Shown here: positions 1 to 13,274 of the stretch, in pieces
Layout: every line of letters starts with the position of its first letter
How positions within the stretch are numbered: position 1 is the first letter of the stretch
NCBI GenBank assembly: GCA_028534125.1
Contig: CM052818.1
Coordinates: 41,294,001 to 41,358,000, forward strand
Length of the DNA: 64,000 nt
Source: Lama glama
Lineage: Eukaryota
Reading direction: 5' to 3'
The notes under the pieces: model-generated
What the model was told of the DNA's origin: nothing
The model's database searches: none
The model's input: the letters and a program-made list of their open reading frames with translations, nothing else
Position numbers and translations under genes: made by a program

Positions 1-1149
1 TTAGTCATTGGAAATTAGATGAGGGGAAATAATCTCACTCAGCCTGTCCCAATGTGCCAAACCCTGTAGTCATTGTTAATTCTCCCCCCCCCCTTATTTG
101 CTCCATATACCTTCTAATATTTCTAAAATCTCTGCCCGCTGCTTCACCTAAATAGACTTTATCATATCTTGGCAGAGTTACTGAAAAACTAGTTTTATAA
201 ATTATTCATTCTTCAGTGAACCTATGTTCATAAAGTACATTCATTTGGGCTTGCCCCTGGGAACAAGGAAATGGAAAAGACCCACTTCCTGCCCAGGAGA
301 CGCTCTGCTGGACTACTTCCTGATTAAATTTGAATCGATTTTTTATCATTATGATTATTACTGATTCCTGCTCAGGAAAGCGTTTTGGAGAAAGCAAGAG
401 CTAAGGCCAAGCAAGGCTCAGCCTGATTGGAAACTGCTGGTTTGCTCAGATTCATTTTTGGTAGAGGTCAGTCGTTCTCAACACTTAATTACGGGGCTTG
501 TAGTTTCTGCCAGCGTCTCGGAGTTGTGTGTGTGTGCACGTGCGTGCACAAGCTTGCTTTGGGTCGACATCAGGACATGGAACTTTGCTTTCACCAAATA
601 TCTGAAATGTTTGTTTTACTCACTCTTACCAACCTGCTGTTCTTGATGAAGGCTCCTCAGGTACAATTGCATAAAAAGTAAATTGCAAAGGCTTCTGTGC
701 TATTTTGTGATTCTTACTTTATAAGATCAGGATAAAAGTTAGTGGAAAATGGAAGACTTATTTGTTGGTCAGCTTGTAACTAATTTAGAAAATAGAGGGA
801 ATCGCGTGGGCATCCGTCCGCCTTCTGTCTCCCACCCTGTTAAATTCATCCCCAAGTGCACACAGTCGTCCTTCTCTTCTCTCTCACGCGGAGAAGTCCC
901 CTTGCCTGTGCTCTGGAACTTGCTCCTGCAGGATTCGGCTCTGTCTAAAGCCCCACTTGATAAAACACAGATATGACAATATACACATCTGATAATGTAC
1001 ACAAGTCTTTTCCATCCTAAAAAAAAGAAAAAACGTTCGCCAATCTTGTCTGCAGCTCAGCATTCCGCACCAGCCGCAGCTACATCGCTTCCTTCCCCTC
1101 GTGATTGCCTCCCCTCTTCCCGTTCAAGCCTAGTTAACTTTAATCCAGC

Positions 1150-2025
1150 TCTCGTGTCCTCATAATTCTGGCTAAAACTGCCCAAGCCAAGCTCAGCAAT
1201 GACCTCAGAGTCGGCAGAAGAGGCTTTTCCTTCTCTGACCTTCTGCCCTTGATGCTGTCCTTAATACTTTTGACCGCTCTTGCAGTTCCAAACTTAACTC
1301 CTCCTACTTTCAGGGCACCACCCACTTTGGGTTCTTTCCTGTATCATTTTCTCACGATGATGTCCTATGTGAGACTCCCTCCTTGCCTGGCTTCCTCACT
1401 ACCCCGTCATTCTAAGTCTCCCTAATCTCTGTGTTCTGTGTGTCTGCATTTCCCTTCTGAGCACCAACCCTGGACGTTTGGACTTCCCCACCTGGGTACC
1501 CTGTGAGTCTCAGATCAGCATGACTGCCTGGCCTCATCTACTTGCACGCTGCTCTGCCCAGAGGGGCTCCCCATCCTGTGCTCCCTAGCTCGGTGAATAA
1601 GATTAGTCTGTATGTAGTTTCCTAGTCGAGAAACCTCAGAGTCGTCCATGATTTGTTCATGGTTACCCTGAACATTGGGTCAGACACAAAATTTTACCCT
1701 TTAAAGTCCCGGTGACTGAATTAGCTATCAGTTATATCTTGCCTGGTTTACAGAAACAACATTGAGGAGTCTCATTTCACTGATTCCATTCTTTATCCTC
1801 ACATCCATCCAGCTGCGCGGAGACCCAGGTGATATTCCTGAAGCACAAATGTGGTGATGTCAGTCCTCTGCTTAAAATTCTTCAAAAGCTCTCAGTCGTG
1901 CAGAGTGAAGTCTGTGCTCTTCGGCATACTACGTGCAGCCTTATTCTGACTTTTGCTTCTGTCTCCAACTTTATTTCCTGCCAGTCCCTCACTCTTAGCT
2001 TCTCAGCTGTGTGCTCTGTAGCTTG
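1150..2025 (+). mobile_element. L2 LINE fragment (ORF2 3' part), degenerate
   Basis: L2 motifs 'aaaactgcccaagccaagctcagcaatgacctc', 'cagtcctctgcttaaaattcttcaaaagctctc'; CT-rich strand. Confidence 0.75.
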
Positions 2026-2454
2026 AGAAAAGCCAAATCTCTCTTTTTTCTTTTAACTTATCCCCATCTTTTCAATCCATAAGAGATTCATTTCCTCTTA
2101 CAGATTTGCCAAAAGCAAAATAGCAACTCTGATCCCCCGTAATACAATCAGCCTATAATTTGCTTCAGCGTGAAAATGTCTCTGCTTTTCATATTCTTGG
2201 CTATTTCAACTTCTCTATGCTTGCCCCTATTGCCCAGAAGAGGGTAATTCAGAGACTGGAGCATTGACAGTGATGAAACAGGTAGGTTCTAGGCCTGGAG
2301 CCTACCAGCTCCAATCTATTCATTCTTTTATCTGGCCCTGTTTTGTCGCTTCTGTGGAACTGGAAGACTGGGTCCTGGACATTTGGCAGTTGATCAGTCC
2401 AAGTCCATGGTGGTTAGTCCTCATTAATTAGCACAAGTATCTATGAAGATTTCA

Positions 2455-2842
2455 GGCCATTGCTTTGCATATACCAATCCCCATGTGTAGAATTTTCTCC
2501 CAATTCCACCTCTGTTTCCCCAAATCAGCACCTGCTGAGATCTCTTTCTTCTGGATGCAGCTCACATACCTCCTCCTCTGTGCATCCTTCCCTCACACTC
2601 CCCTTTCTCAATGACAGTTAATTACTTGCTCAAAGCTCACACAGTACCATGCACATCGCTCTAGCATTGCAGTTAACTCAATGTGTGCTGAAAACCATGC
2701 TTGTATCTGTTTTCTCTCTTTGTGCTTGAATAAAGTCTTCATCGTGAGTCTCCGAGTCCCAGTCTTCACTGTTTTCAATGTCTAGCATGGTACCTGGCAT
2801 GGAGTATTTGCTCAGGAAATGTCTACAAGATGAACAGTGAAT
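2455..2842 (+). mobile_element. L2 3' end (continuation of upstream L2)
   Basis: L2 tail 'tctagcatggtacctggcatggagtatttgctcaggaaatgt...gatgaacagtgaat'. Confidence 0.75.
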
Positions 2843-4649
2843 ACCTGCTTGGAAGAAAATAGTGGAACCTACTTATTCTGTTGTCTAATTTCATTGACAA
2901 AGGCATCTCAAATAGAACCACAAAGCATCAGAACAGGACAGAACTTTTGAAATCACCAGAGACTGGTGTCAACTGTTTCTCAAAAAAAATCCTTAAGCAA
3001 ATAGATGTGGAAAAGTGAGAGCAATATCTGAAAGAGTCCACTGGAGCCGTTTCTGTTCCCCAGGGTTCAATGATCCATCCCTGCAAGGCAAACGTAGATC
3101 TGATAATGAACCCTGAGCTGGATGCACTTGCTTTTCCTTGAAGCCTCTCCTGCTCGGCTTTGTTGGGCCCTTTAAAGGGAAATCCGAGTCCTGGGTAACA
3201 AGTATCTCCCCAGGCCACAGAAATGTGGGACAGTACTGGGCGCGTTTGCCCCCCTGGCATGCTCCCAGCTGACTGGTTTATCGGCACTCTGAATCCCCCT
3301 GATCCAGATGCAAGGTGGCCTTAGGCACTGCAGGACCAGCACCCTCCATGTCGCAGGAGTCCGCCCCACTCCCAGGCCCCGCTGTGGCGAAGTGGTGCTG
3401 AGTGCTCCACGCGTCGCTGCGCCTAGCACAGCGCTGCTACAAGGACACGCTCCTCTGCACAGTCTGACGGTCCCCTCGACACGCCTGATTCTAGCAGTCA
3501 CCCTTGGGGGTGGCTCTCTTTCACTGGTTTCAGTAGGTTTGGGCTGGGCCCGGAATTAGGGCTGCTGAGAATTCTTGTCCCTCCTCTTTCCCAGCGGGAC
3601 AGCAATCTCCTGCTTTTTACTGAAGACTAGATACATTTCTCTAGATTTTATATTCGAGGGTCAAACAAGGTGGGTCTGCGTGTAAGTATCAGAATCCAGA
3701 AGAGAGAGAGATTTGCCGCCCCTCTTCTCTTCCACTCAAGGCCATGGCAGGCACTCCCCTGGAGCTCCCCCACCAGCCCTGCTCTCTCACACCCTCTCGG
3801 AACCCTCTTTCTTTTTCTCTTTTCAGGTTCACCCAATGAATGATCTCAAGCTGTGTATATCACTTAGGGACTCACAAAACATTTGAGCATATCAAATTGT
3901 GCCTTCTGAGACCTCAGAAGCCTCCTGACCCTGACCTAGTCCAGTCCCTACATGCTGTTGTGGCTTCATTTACACTGCTGTGTAGAACACAGTGCAAACT
4001 GCCTCCGTCCTGTGACAGTGTGCGTATTTTAAAGAAATTACTCAGCATTTAAATGTCAAGATAGTCGAGCCCACACCTCCACAAATAATTAGATAAAGGA
4101 CAGAAATGAGGCATCGCCACCGCCCATGCTGCAAAGGACCTCTGGGGCCATGGGGTCCAGCCCACACCCACCTTTCCAGGTGAAGAGAGGACAGAAGCAG
4201 TGTTGGGCCATGTGACTCCACTCATACGACTTTATTGTTATGGAAGTCAATATAAGTTAGATATGTGCTAGGTGCCAAGTTCCATGCTGGGCACACCAGG
4301 AGGACAGCACTCCCACAGGCCCAGCCTAAGAATATCAGCAAAGCAAGGTGCATGCGAGTCAGGGGCATCTTGGCATCAGAGACCCTAAGCGCTTCAGACA
4401 GGCAGAAAGAATTCCATCTGAACATGCTGTTGGCCTTACCTTGGGTTTGAGTAGGCTGTTTAGGTTCTGTGAATTTATAGTCTTGTATGTGATGTTGCCT
4501 CTTTCTGGGGAGCTTTTCATCCCTCCATTGTCAAAGTGGTAAAGACTCATAAAACACTCAGATCACATAAATAACTCCTCTGGAAGAATGCAGTTTGGAA
4601 CTGATCTGTAGTACCCTTCTCTCAGCTTCCTAATCATGCTGTACATTTC

Positions 4650-4870
4650 CCCATTTAGTCATCAGTGACCAAGCTGCAAATTCTATAGGTCATTTCTTGG
4701 CCTCCTTCTACTTCACTGGTCAGCAGCATTTGACCTAGTAGATGACTTGCCTTCTAGGTCACCACAGCCTCCTGGCTTGACCCATCCTGTCTGTCATTCG
4801 GCTTCATGGAGTTCTCATCAACCTGAGCTCCAAAAGTTGCAATCTCTGGGTGTTTGGTTCTTAGAGCTCT
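4650..4870 (+). mobile_element. L2 fragment, interrupted by a Charlie element
   Basis: 'gtcatcagtgacc...cagcagcatttgacctagtagatgac' matches L2 ORF2 motifs. Confidence 0.65.
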
Positions 4871-4952
4871 TAGGACTACATAGATTGTCACCAGGGGTCA
4901 CATTCACAGGGACAGCTGCATACCTGGTACACTTGGGAATCCTGGAGTTAGG

Positions 4953-5985
4953 CAGTGCCCTGCTCTTCTGTATCATGATTGACCTTAACGTGGACAGTGC
5001 TGGTCTGCAAACTGATACCAGTTCATGACAAAGTAAGAACAGAGATCAAGAGAACATATCTAGAAGCACTGAGAGCAGTGTGCTATTGCTACTACAACCA
5101 CACCCGCAGTTGTTGGACTCTTCTCATCATTCATAGTCTGCGTGGGTACAGTTTGGGCATCTTTGAATTGGTAGGATGAGTCACACCTGATGTGAGCTGA
5201 GTGCCGGGCATACACAATGGGACCATGTTGCCACACCTGGTATTTTAAGTTTAATTAGTCAACTGAAAGGTACATAAATTTTGAATCCATTTCTTTTGTT
5301 GAAAGATAATTTAAATCAACTTAAATTTTATCAGATAAGTTGTTGAAACTGACTACTAATGAAGGATTGAAGATGAATATGAAAAATATGACTTCCTTTG
5401 TTTCATTTTGGATAAAATTGAAAAATGAATATTCTCGGCTGGCAGAAATTGCTGTAAAATTTCTTCCGTTCCCATCAACCTGCCTCTTCTACCATGAGTA
5501 ATGTTAAAACAAAACATAGCAACAATCTAGCTGTACAATGCTCTCAACAAATACTGTTGTCATCGTTTCAACCTAAAGTAGATATATTAACAAACAAAAA
5601 GCTAGCCCATTTATCACTTCAAAAAGTTAGACATAGATATCTACAGTGTATGTCCACAATGTATGTAGAGATTTCGAAAATGAGGAATCACTATTTCATT
5701 TCATAATGTTTTAGCTATAACTGCAAAAGGATAAAAAGTTATAAGTGCAATGCTCTTATTAATTGCCTATATGCAAAATTTCAATGAATAACACACAGTT
5801 TGGGCCATATTTTCTCCATTGTATTTTTTTCTGATTATATTAAAATGGAGTCTTATGTCTGCTGAATCTAATAATAAAAATGTGGACATTTTTTGTATGT
5901 CTTTATTTTAATTTCATTTCCCTTTCCAGTAATTTACTTTTGTTTTCTTTTACAATAATATCAGTTTGCAATGGATTAAAGACAG
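4953..5985 (+). mobile_element. hAT-Charlie DNA transposon fossil (Charlie2-like, internally deleted) carrying a decayed transposase C-terminus
   Basis: From 5403 reads SFWIKLKNEYSRLAEIAVKFLPFPSTCL, then shifts frame into MSNVKTKHSNNL...SSFQPKVDILTNKKLAHLS (ORF 5494-5706), typical of the hAT dimerisation domain; the 5' subterminal sequence resembles Charlie2. Confidence 0.8.
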
Positions 5986-6039
5986 GTATAAGATGAGGTA
6001 TATACCTGAGGCAATGTAGCTCTGGGAGCTGGACAAGTT

Positions 6040-7095
6040 CTTCTCTCTTCTATGTACACTCACTCCCATGATGATGTCATCAAGACCCATTCCTTAAATT
6101 CCACCCAAATGCCAACAACTTCCAAATGTAACTCTTCAGCATAGATCTCTCCCCTCAACTCAGTTTCACTTGTCCAATTGCCTGCTTGACATTTCCACTG
6201 GGATGAGTAACAAATCCAAAATTGAACTACTGATTTTCTCCCATCCCCACCTTAGATATTCTGCTTGCAAACTTTATCATCATAGTAAATGGAAACACCA
6301 TCTTTCTACTAGCTCAAGCCAAACACTCAGAGTCATCCTAGACTCTTTCTCACACTCCACACCCATCTATATTGAAATCATGTTGGTTCCACTTATAAAA
6401 TACATCCAGAATTTAACCATTTCTCACCGCCTGCATTTCTATCACTTAAATCCTAGCTGTTACCCATCCTTCCCTAGATTACTGCAGTAATCTCTTAAAA
6501 AATCTCTACTTTCAGTCTTGTTTTGAAGTCTCTCCTCAGCTGCTCTGCTGAAGGAGCCTTTCAAAGCTAAGGATGGATCTTGCTACTCTTCTGCTCAAAT
6601 CATCCCAGTGAAGCCCCATCTTACTCAGACTAAAAGTCACTTGTAATGGTAATAAAAGCTATACATGGTCTGTTCTCTTCCTTTGCTCATCCTGACCCAA
6701 CCTCATTGGCTTCCTTATTTTTCATCAAATGCACTAATCCTGCCCCTGTCTCAGAGCCTTTGCAGGCATTGTTTCCTCTTCCGGAACATTCTTCACCTAC
6801 AGATCCCCTTAGCTTGCTCTTCCTTTAGATGTTTGCTCCAATGTCACCACCTCAGTGAGGCTTTTTTTTCCCCCCCAGGCCTTATGTAAGTTTGCACTTC
6901 TCTAATTTCTTCTATGCCCCTTCCTAGTTTTTTTCCCTCCTCCATCGAACTCAATACTTTCTAACATTTTTATAATTTGTATTGTAAAGGTTTTCACTAG
7001 AATATAAACTCTGCAAGAGCAGGGATTTTATTTCTTTTGTTCACTGCCAATCTCCTAGCACCTAGAGCAGAACTTGACACTTAATAGATACTTAT
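6040..7095 (+). mobile_element. L2 (L2a-like) 3' portion
   Basis: 'tccaattgcctgcttgacatttccactgggatg', 'gcctttgcaggcattgtttcctcttccggaaca', 'ttgttcactgccaatctcctagcacctagagcag'. Confidence 0.9.
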
Positions 7096-9007
7096 CCTCT
7101 ATGTCATGAGACCTGTTATGCAACTATGAGTCCCTGGTGAAGAGAGAGGTTACCCTATAGCACTTTATAGTAGCTGAGCTTCACCCAGTGCCTAGTAAAG
7201 AGCAATGATTAATGCATATTTACTAACAAGTGGATGAAAGGCTGGCTGGGGACATGGCAAATGATGGTGTACCACCAGACCTCTTGGGTTTTTAATATCT
7301 CAGTATGAAGATGAGACAGCTGCAAAAGAGAAAGATTTACCTAGATGAGAGGAACAAACAAGAACTTATATGGAAAAGAATACATTATTGAAGTTTGAGG
7401 TAGAGCAGGTGTGTTTTGAGTTTTGGTTCTTGGTGAGAGAGAGAGAAAAGTTATCTCCAGGTGAGGTAGAAACAGGCTTGAAAGTAGTATGTTTGGTGAG
7501 AGTTTAAGCAGATCATCTAGGCTGAATATACTCTAATTTGAAGACTCACCTTGTCCATCAGAAATGTCTACTCTTTTTCAAATAGTGACATCTAGAAGTA
7601 AAAACACCCACCTACTAAGGACAGAACCGTATCCTCGAAGTATTTGTCTTAAGAGTTAGACTTGAGTTTCAAGAAACAGAATTCAGACATTGTGTACCTG
7701 GAAGAGATATATTCTTTCAGCCACACACAAAAAAATTACCGCCTTCTTTTCAAGAACAAGCAGGGGGAGGTGGTGGCTATATTTGGCAGGGGTGGGAATG
7801 ATAGAAGAGGTTATAGAAGCTCATAAGAGGTTGCTTCCCTTTCCCTAGATCATAAAGGAATGTTATGACCAGTGTAGTCATTCACCCTTTAATATAAATA
7901 AGTCTATCTCTGTTTTTATTTTTTTATCTCTCTCAGGGAGATTACACTGTAGACTTCCTCTGTGCTTACAGGATGAATAGATTTAGGTGTCAACAGTCAA
8001 GTAAGAGCAGGGATAGTTCTGTTTAGTAAGTGAATGTGCTTCTATCCAGCTTCCATATTCCTCTTTGGATTTCCAAATTCCTGGTAAGATTGAATGGTTC
8101 CACCTTAATCCAAGGGGTCAATAAATGTGAGTTATTTCAGAAGAAACCTGTAACATTTGGGTGTTTGACTTTCACTCTTCTTGAATAGCTTTAAATACCA
8201 AGTAGTAAAAATACTTCATGAAAAATAGCTTTTATAATTTGCTGGTGTATTGAACAATTCTGCTTTTGCTGAACAGAGCCAGGGTTCAAGGTATATGATA
8301 TTCTGCAATATAAGCTGGGGCCTTGGAGAATCAGAGCGATATGCTTCTTGGGATTCGGATGTGCAGATCTATTATTCATCCCGCCTAGCATCTATTATCC
8401 AGACAGCTGTAAAAATACCAAAACATTGTTTATATTCACAGTATCTTATTTGATGTTCTTTTTGTTTCCATTAATGCTTTATAAGAGGACATTTGCTCTA
8501 TGGAAAACTTGAATCCAGTAAGTTTTACTTTGTGAAAGCAGAAGAGTCCACCTATGGGCCTGTCACTTCTGGGAGCCTCATTTTTCTCATCTGTATTAGA
8601 GAGATTTTAGCCAGAGAACCACACTTTCTGACCCAGGAAGTGAAGCATGGATTTTGGTGCCTGTTTGGATAGTGAAACAATCTTGAAAATATACTGTGGA
8701 ATTTAAAATGTTGATGTGTGAGGGACAAGTCGGTGGTTTATAAGTACAGAGAACATAGTGACATGGTATTTGAAATTAGGTCTATTTTTGTGAGCCTAAG
8801 AGAGATGGTTATAACAAGGTTAAGGCCCCACTAGACAGGTGGATTTTTGACTGTGAACAATACCCGTAAACCATCCAGAGACGTGCCCAAGAGAAGGGCA
8901 GGCGTATTGTAGGATCTGAATTTGTTCTCTTCAAACAGTAAATCTTCCTTTGTGGCCAGTTTATGTCTTTGAACTTTATGAACTTTGAACTTTGAATTTT
9001 TGGCAGA

Positions 9008-9070
9008 AAGAAAGGATGAAGGAGAAAGAGAAAGAGAAAGAAAGGAAGAAAGAAAGAAGGAAAAGGAAAA
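9008..9070 (+). repeat. GA-rich low-complexity tract, (GAAA)n/(GAAAA)n-like
   Basis: 'gaaaagagaaagagaaagaaaggaagaaagaaagaaggaaaaggaaaa' seen directly. Confidence 0.85.
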
Positions 9071-9135
9071 ATTATGTTTATCTGCAATATGAAATGCTTA
9101 CATGCGGTAGATCGACTCTGGATCCTTTGACTTAT

Positions 9136-9378
9136 CACAGTTTTTGGCATATTTATCATGTGCCAGAAGTTTTCCAATCATTTCACACATATGAACTACA
9201 CTAACATTAATCATCACAACAACCTAATGGGATGAGTGCTATCATTACCTGTGCTTTATTGATAAGAAAACTGAGGCATAATTTTCCCAAACTCAAACTG
9301 CTAATAAGAGTCATGGGCCGGACACAAATAGAGGCAGTCTGATGCCAGAATCCATTGCCTGTAACCATTATACTCAGC
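9136..9378 (-). mobile_element. MIR SINE
   Basis: MIR core in reverse: 'aatcatcacaacaacctaatggga...ttattgataagaaaactgaggc'. Confidence 0.85.
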
Positions 9379-9544
9379 TGTTTTCTTACTGGTGAAATCA
9401 AATAAGAAAAGGTGTTTTTACTTTTTGCTATTAAATTTTTTTTTATTTTAGGTAAGTCCATAAGACTCTGTCTACGGAAATTCTGCTTATTCTTTTATCA
9501 CCCTCCCATATTTCAATATTTCTTTCCATTCATCAAGATTTTAA

Positions 9545-12300
9545 ACTTTGGGAAAATCAATACAATTAATAAGCTTGTAGAGTTTGATAAGGAAAACATA
9601 ATTTACCAAAATTATGAATCAGAGAGGTGAAATTACTATAGCCTTTATAGATATTAAAAGGCATATTATTAAAGACAATATGTCTATATATTTGAAAGCT
9701 GAGACGAAATGGACAAGTTCCCTGAGAACACAAACTACAAAAGCTCACAGAAGAAAAAATAGATAACCTGACTCTATTAAAGAAATTTAAATTTTAGTTA
9801 AAAACTTTCCCATAAAGAAAACTCCAGGTCCAGACAGTTTCACTGGTAAATTATCAACTGTAAAAAATTAATTATATGAATTTTACACAAATCATTCAAG
9901 AAAAATGAAAAAAAATTATTTCCTATTTTATTCTATGAGGCAGGTGAGGCAAAGATACTTCAGGAAATGTCCTAATAAAGACCAATGTCTGTCATGAACA
10001 TAAAGGCAAATTTTCCAAACAAGATTTGAACAATTCAAATCTAAAAAAGTATTAAAATTATAGTATATAATGATCAAGTATGGCTTATCTCAAGAATGCA
10101 GGGTTGATTCAACCTTCAAAAATCAAACAATGTAACTTAACAAATTAATAAATGCAGGAAAATATTTGCCATCAATCCAACATTTATTCTGGATAACAGC
10201 TCTCAACTAAGAATATCAGGAAACTTCCTCGACCTAATAAAGGGCATCTATGGAAAAACTTAGAGTTGATATCATACTTAATGTTGAAAGATCAAATATT
10301 TTCCCTCCAAATTGAAGAGTAAGACAAATATGTCAACTTTTCATAATTTCTAATCAACATTACACTTAAGGATCTAAAACAGAGTGATCAGGTAAGAGAA
10401 ATGAATAAAAGTTCCTCTATATTGAAGAAAAGAAGTACAATTGTCTTCATTTCCCAACACCTTTATTGTCTATGTGGAAAATCTGATTAAATATACAAAA
10501 AAGACTAGAAGATTGGTCAACTGAGATTTTAAAAAGTAATTTACCATAGCATCAAACTGTGTAAAATAATCACAGATAAATCTGACAAAAGATATGGAAG
10601 ATCTATACATTGAAAAATACAAAATATTGAGAGAAAATAAATATCTAAATTAAAGAAGACCTAAACACCTTTTTCAAAGGTCAGAATATTCAATATTTTA
10701 GAGATATCAATTATTTCTAAATGTATCTATAGATTCAAAATAATTGCAATAAAAATTCTAGCAAGTTTTTGTGGAAACTGTTAAGTTGGCTGTAAAATTC
10801 ATATTGAAATACAAAACAAAGTTAGAATAGCCAAGACATCTTTGAAAATGTAAAACAAAACTGGAGAGTTGACCCTATCTGACTTAAAGCCTTTTTAAAG
10901 AAACAGTCACCGAGACAAAGTGATACTTACTTCAAGGTAGATTAATTGAACAGTGGAACAGAATAGAGAGCCCAGCAACAGTCTCATACATTTCAGGATG
11001 GATGCCTTTGACAAAACTGCAAAGACAATTCAGGGAGAATTGATCATCTTTTCAATAAATGGTACTGGATATTAAGATGCAAGAAAAAAAAAAGAACTTC
11101 CATTTATTCCTCTCACCATATAACAAAATTAACTCAGAAACAGATGATAGACTTGAATGTAGAATCTAAAACTACTTTAAAAAAACTAAGAGAAAAATAT
11201 TTGCGAGCTCAGGTTAGGCTAAGATTTCTCCCAAAAGCATGATTCACGAGAGAGAAAACTGACAAATTGGACTTCATCAAAATTAAAACATATTCTCTTC
11301 AAAAGAAATTATTAAAGAAATGAAAACACAATACACAATTTGAGAGAAAATCTATTTGAAAAGCGTACTTCTAACAAAGGAATTGTAGCTAGATAAAGAT
11401 CTTTCAGAACTCTTATTATACAAAAACAAAGAACCCAATTAAAAATTGACAAAAAATTTGAACAGACATTTTATCAAAAAAAATAGAAAATAAGCACATG
11501 AAAAAATGTCTGGCATCATTAGTCACTAGGGGGATGTAAATTAAAAGTACAGGATACCACTACTCTTTGAATAGAAGAGCTAAAAGTTAAGACAGATCAT
11601 ATCAAGTGTTGACAAGGATGTGGAATAGCAGGAACTCTCATATGCTGCTGGTGGGAATCTAAAATGGTAAAACTTCTTTGCTAAACATTCTGCCAGTTTA
11701 TTTAAAGAAAAGTTACACATTTGCCTAACATATGATCTAGCCACTCCTATTTTCCATAATTACCTAAGAGAAAAGAAAGTGTATATCTATATAAAGGCTT
11801 ATACACAAATGTTCATGACAGCTTTATTTGTAAAAGGCAAAAACTGGACATAAATCAAATGTCCATCAGCACATGAATGTCTAAACAAATAGTGGTATCT
11901 CCATACAATGAAATGCGATTCAGAAATAAAAGTGAGTAAACCAGGGATTTGTGAGACAACGTGAATGTTGCAATTCACGCAACAACATAATTATGCTAAG
12001 TGAAAGGATTCAGACAAAAAAGTACATATTATTTGATTTCATTTATAGAAAACTTCAGAAAATTCAGACTACTCTGTCTGACAGAAATCAGGTCAGTGAT
12101 GGACTAAGAGGAGAGGGACAGAGAAGTGGGCAGGGGAGAGTGATTACAAAGAAGCTGGAGGAAACTTTTGGGGGGTTATTATTTTGCTTCTGACGATGGC
12201 TTTGCTGATGTATATTTATGTCAAAATGTATCAAATTGAACACTTTAAGTATCTTCATTTTGTTGTATGTCAATTATTCTTCAGTGAAGGGATAAATAAG
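9545..12300 (+). mobile_element. Old L1 (L1MD/L1ME-type): ORF2 from the RT region through the 3' UTR, 5'-truncated and decayed
   Basis: A-rich strand; 'aaatggacaagttcc', 'actccaggtccagacagtttcactggtaaatt', 'caggaactctcatatgctgctggtgggaat', 3' end 'gaggaaacttttggggg...tatgtcaattatt'. Confidence 0.92.
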
Positions 12301-13034
12301 AGTTGAACAGAGCAGACCTCTTTATAATATATAATGCTGAGTAGTTCTATAAAATCTATTGCTTTTAACAGTCCCCTCATTTGAACTTATGTTTGATATG
12401 GTGAAATTCAAATGCAAGCCAAACATTTAGTCAGCCTGTGGGCTTTTCTGGAAGCAGATTAACATGTATTTGGGGGACTAGCTGGCTTCTTGCTTAGCTG
12501 ATTTAAATTCTGTACTGCAGAGGTGAAGTCATTTGTATGCAGCCCGTGTTCTTCACCAGCAAACACAGACTCTGTATGTCTAAGAGTAAATCTGAGCAAG
12601 CATTCTGCTTGTGCTGTGAGCAATTTGAGTCTTGAATGACCTTGAGAATGAGCCTATCTAACCTGCAGAGAAAATTGCATCCTTTTTTTCAATTTAAGTT
12701 AAAAAGAATTGATTCATTTTCATCATACATAAGAAATCATATGTTGATAGTATCTTTTAAAAATCTTTTAAACAATATTAATCAATCCAACAAATAAAAA
12801 ATTCTCCTATTCCTGGGGAAGACGAGGCGATGCTGAGAGTTGATGCCAATTTTTTAGCATATATTTAAATCCAGCCTGGAGGTTAAACAATTGTGGCAAA
12901 TTCTTACCATTTAATGTCTCTTTTCCGTGTTACTTTTAAAGGCTTCAAAAATGGATAAAACTGGCATGTGTATATGTACATGTTTATGCATAATTTCCTA
13001 ATTCTCCTAAATGTCCTATGGTGGGGTGGATTAG

Positions 13035-13165
13035 GCACTGAACTGAGAGTAACAGTACCTGGCTTTGATGTCCCAGCTTTGCTACATTTTAGCTTTGAAA
13101 TTAGGCAAGTCACTTTACATAGCTAAGCCACAGATTACTTACGTATAAGATGAGAAATAATCAGA
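13035..13165 (+). mobile_element. MIR fragment
   Basis: 'ttaggcaagtcactttacatagctaagccacag...tataagatgaga'. Confidence 0.7.
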
Positions 13166-13274
13166 TTTGTCTTTTATGTGTGCCAAAGTGCGAATTGTCC
13201 AGGGTCATGGGCGTTAAAGCATTGTTAGTAGCTGGACAGCAGAAGTCTTGGATTGCAAATTAAGCAATGTAAAT

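Noticed and set aside
769..1040. Strong minus-strand acceptor (T-tract + AG near 1017) opening into a ~80-codon frame
   Set aside because: No good donor, no recognisable protein; the T-tract is simple sequence
4865..6028. Possible TSD/TIR 'agctcttagga-ctacat' ... 'atgtag-ctctggga' around the Charlie element
   Set aside because: Imperfect, and does not coincide with the CAGTG-type Charlie terminus at about 4953
7900..8006. Strong plus-strand acceptor with a downstream GTAAGA donor
   Set aside because: The open-frame peptide (GDYTVDFLCAYRMNRFRCQQS) is unrecognised and no partner exons are evident
8809..9204. Overlapping F/L-rich and K/E-rich ORFs
   Set aside because: Produced by the GA-rich simple repeat plus MIR sequence
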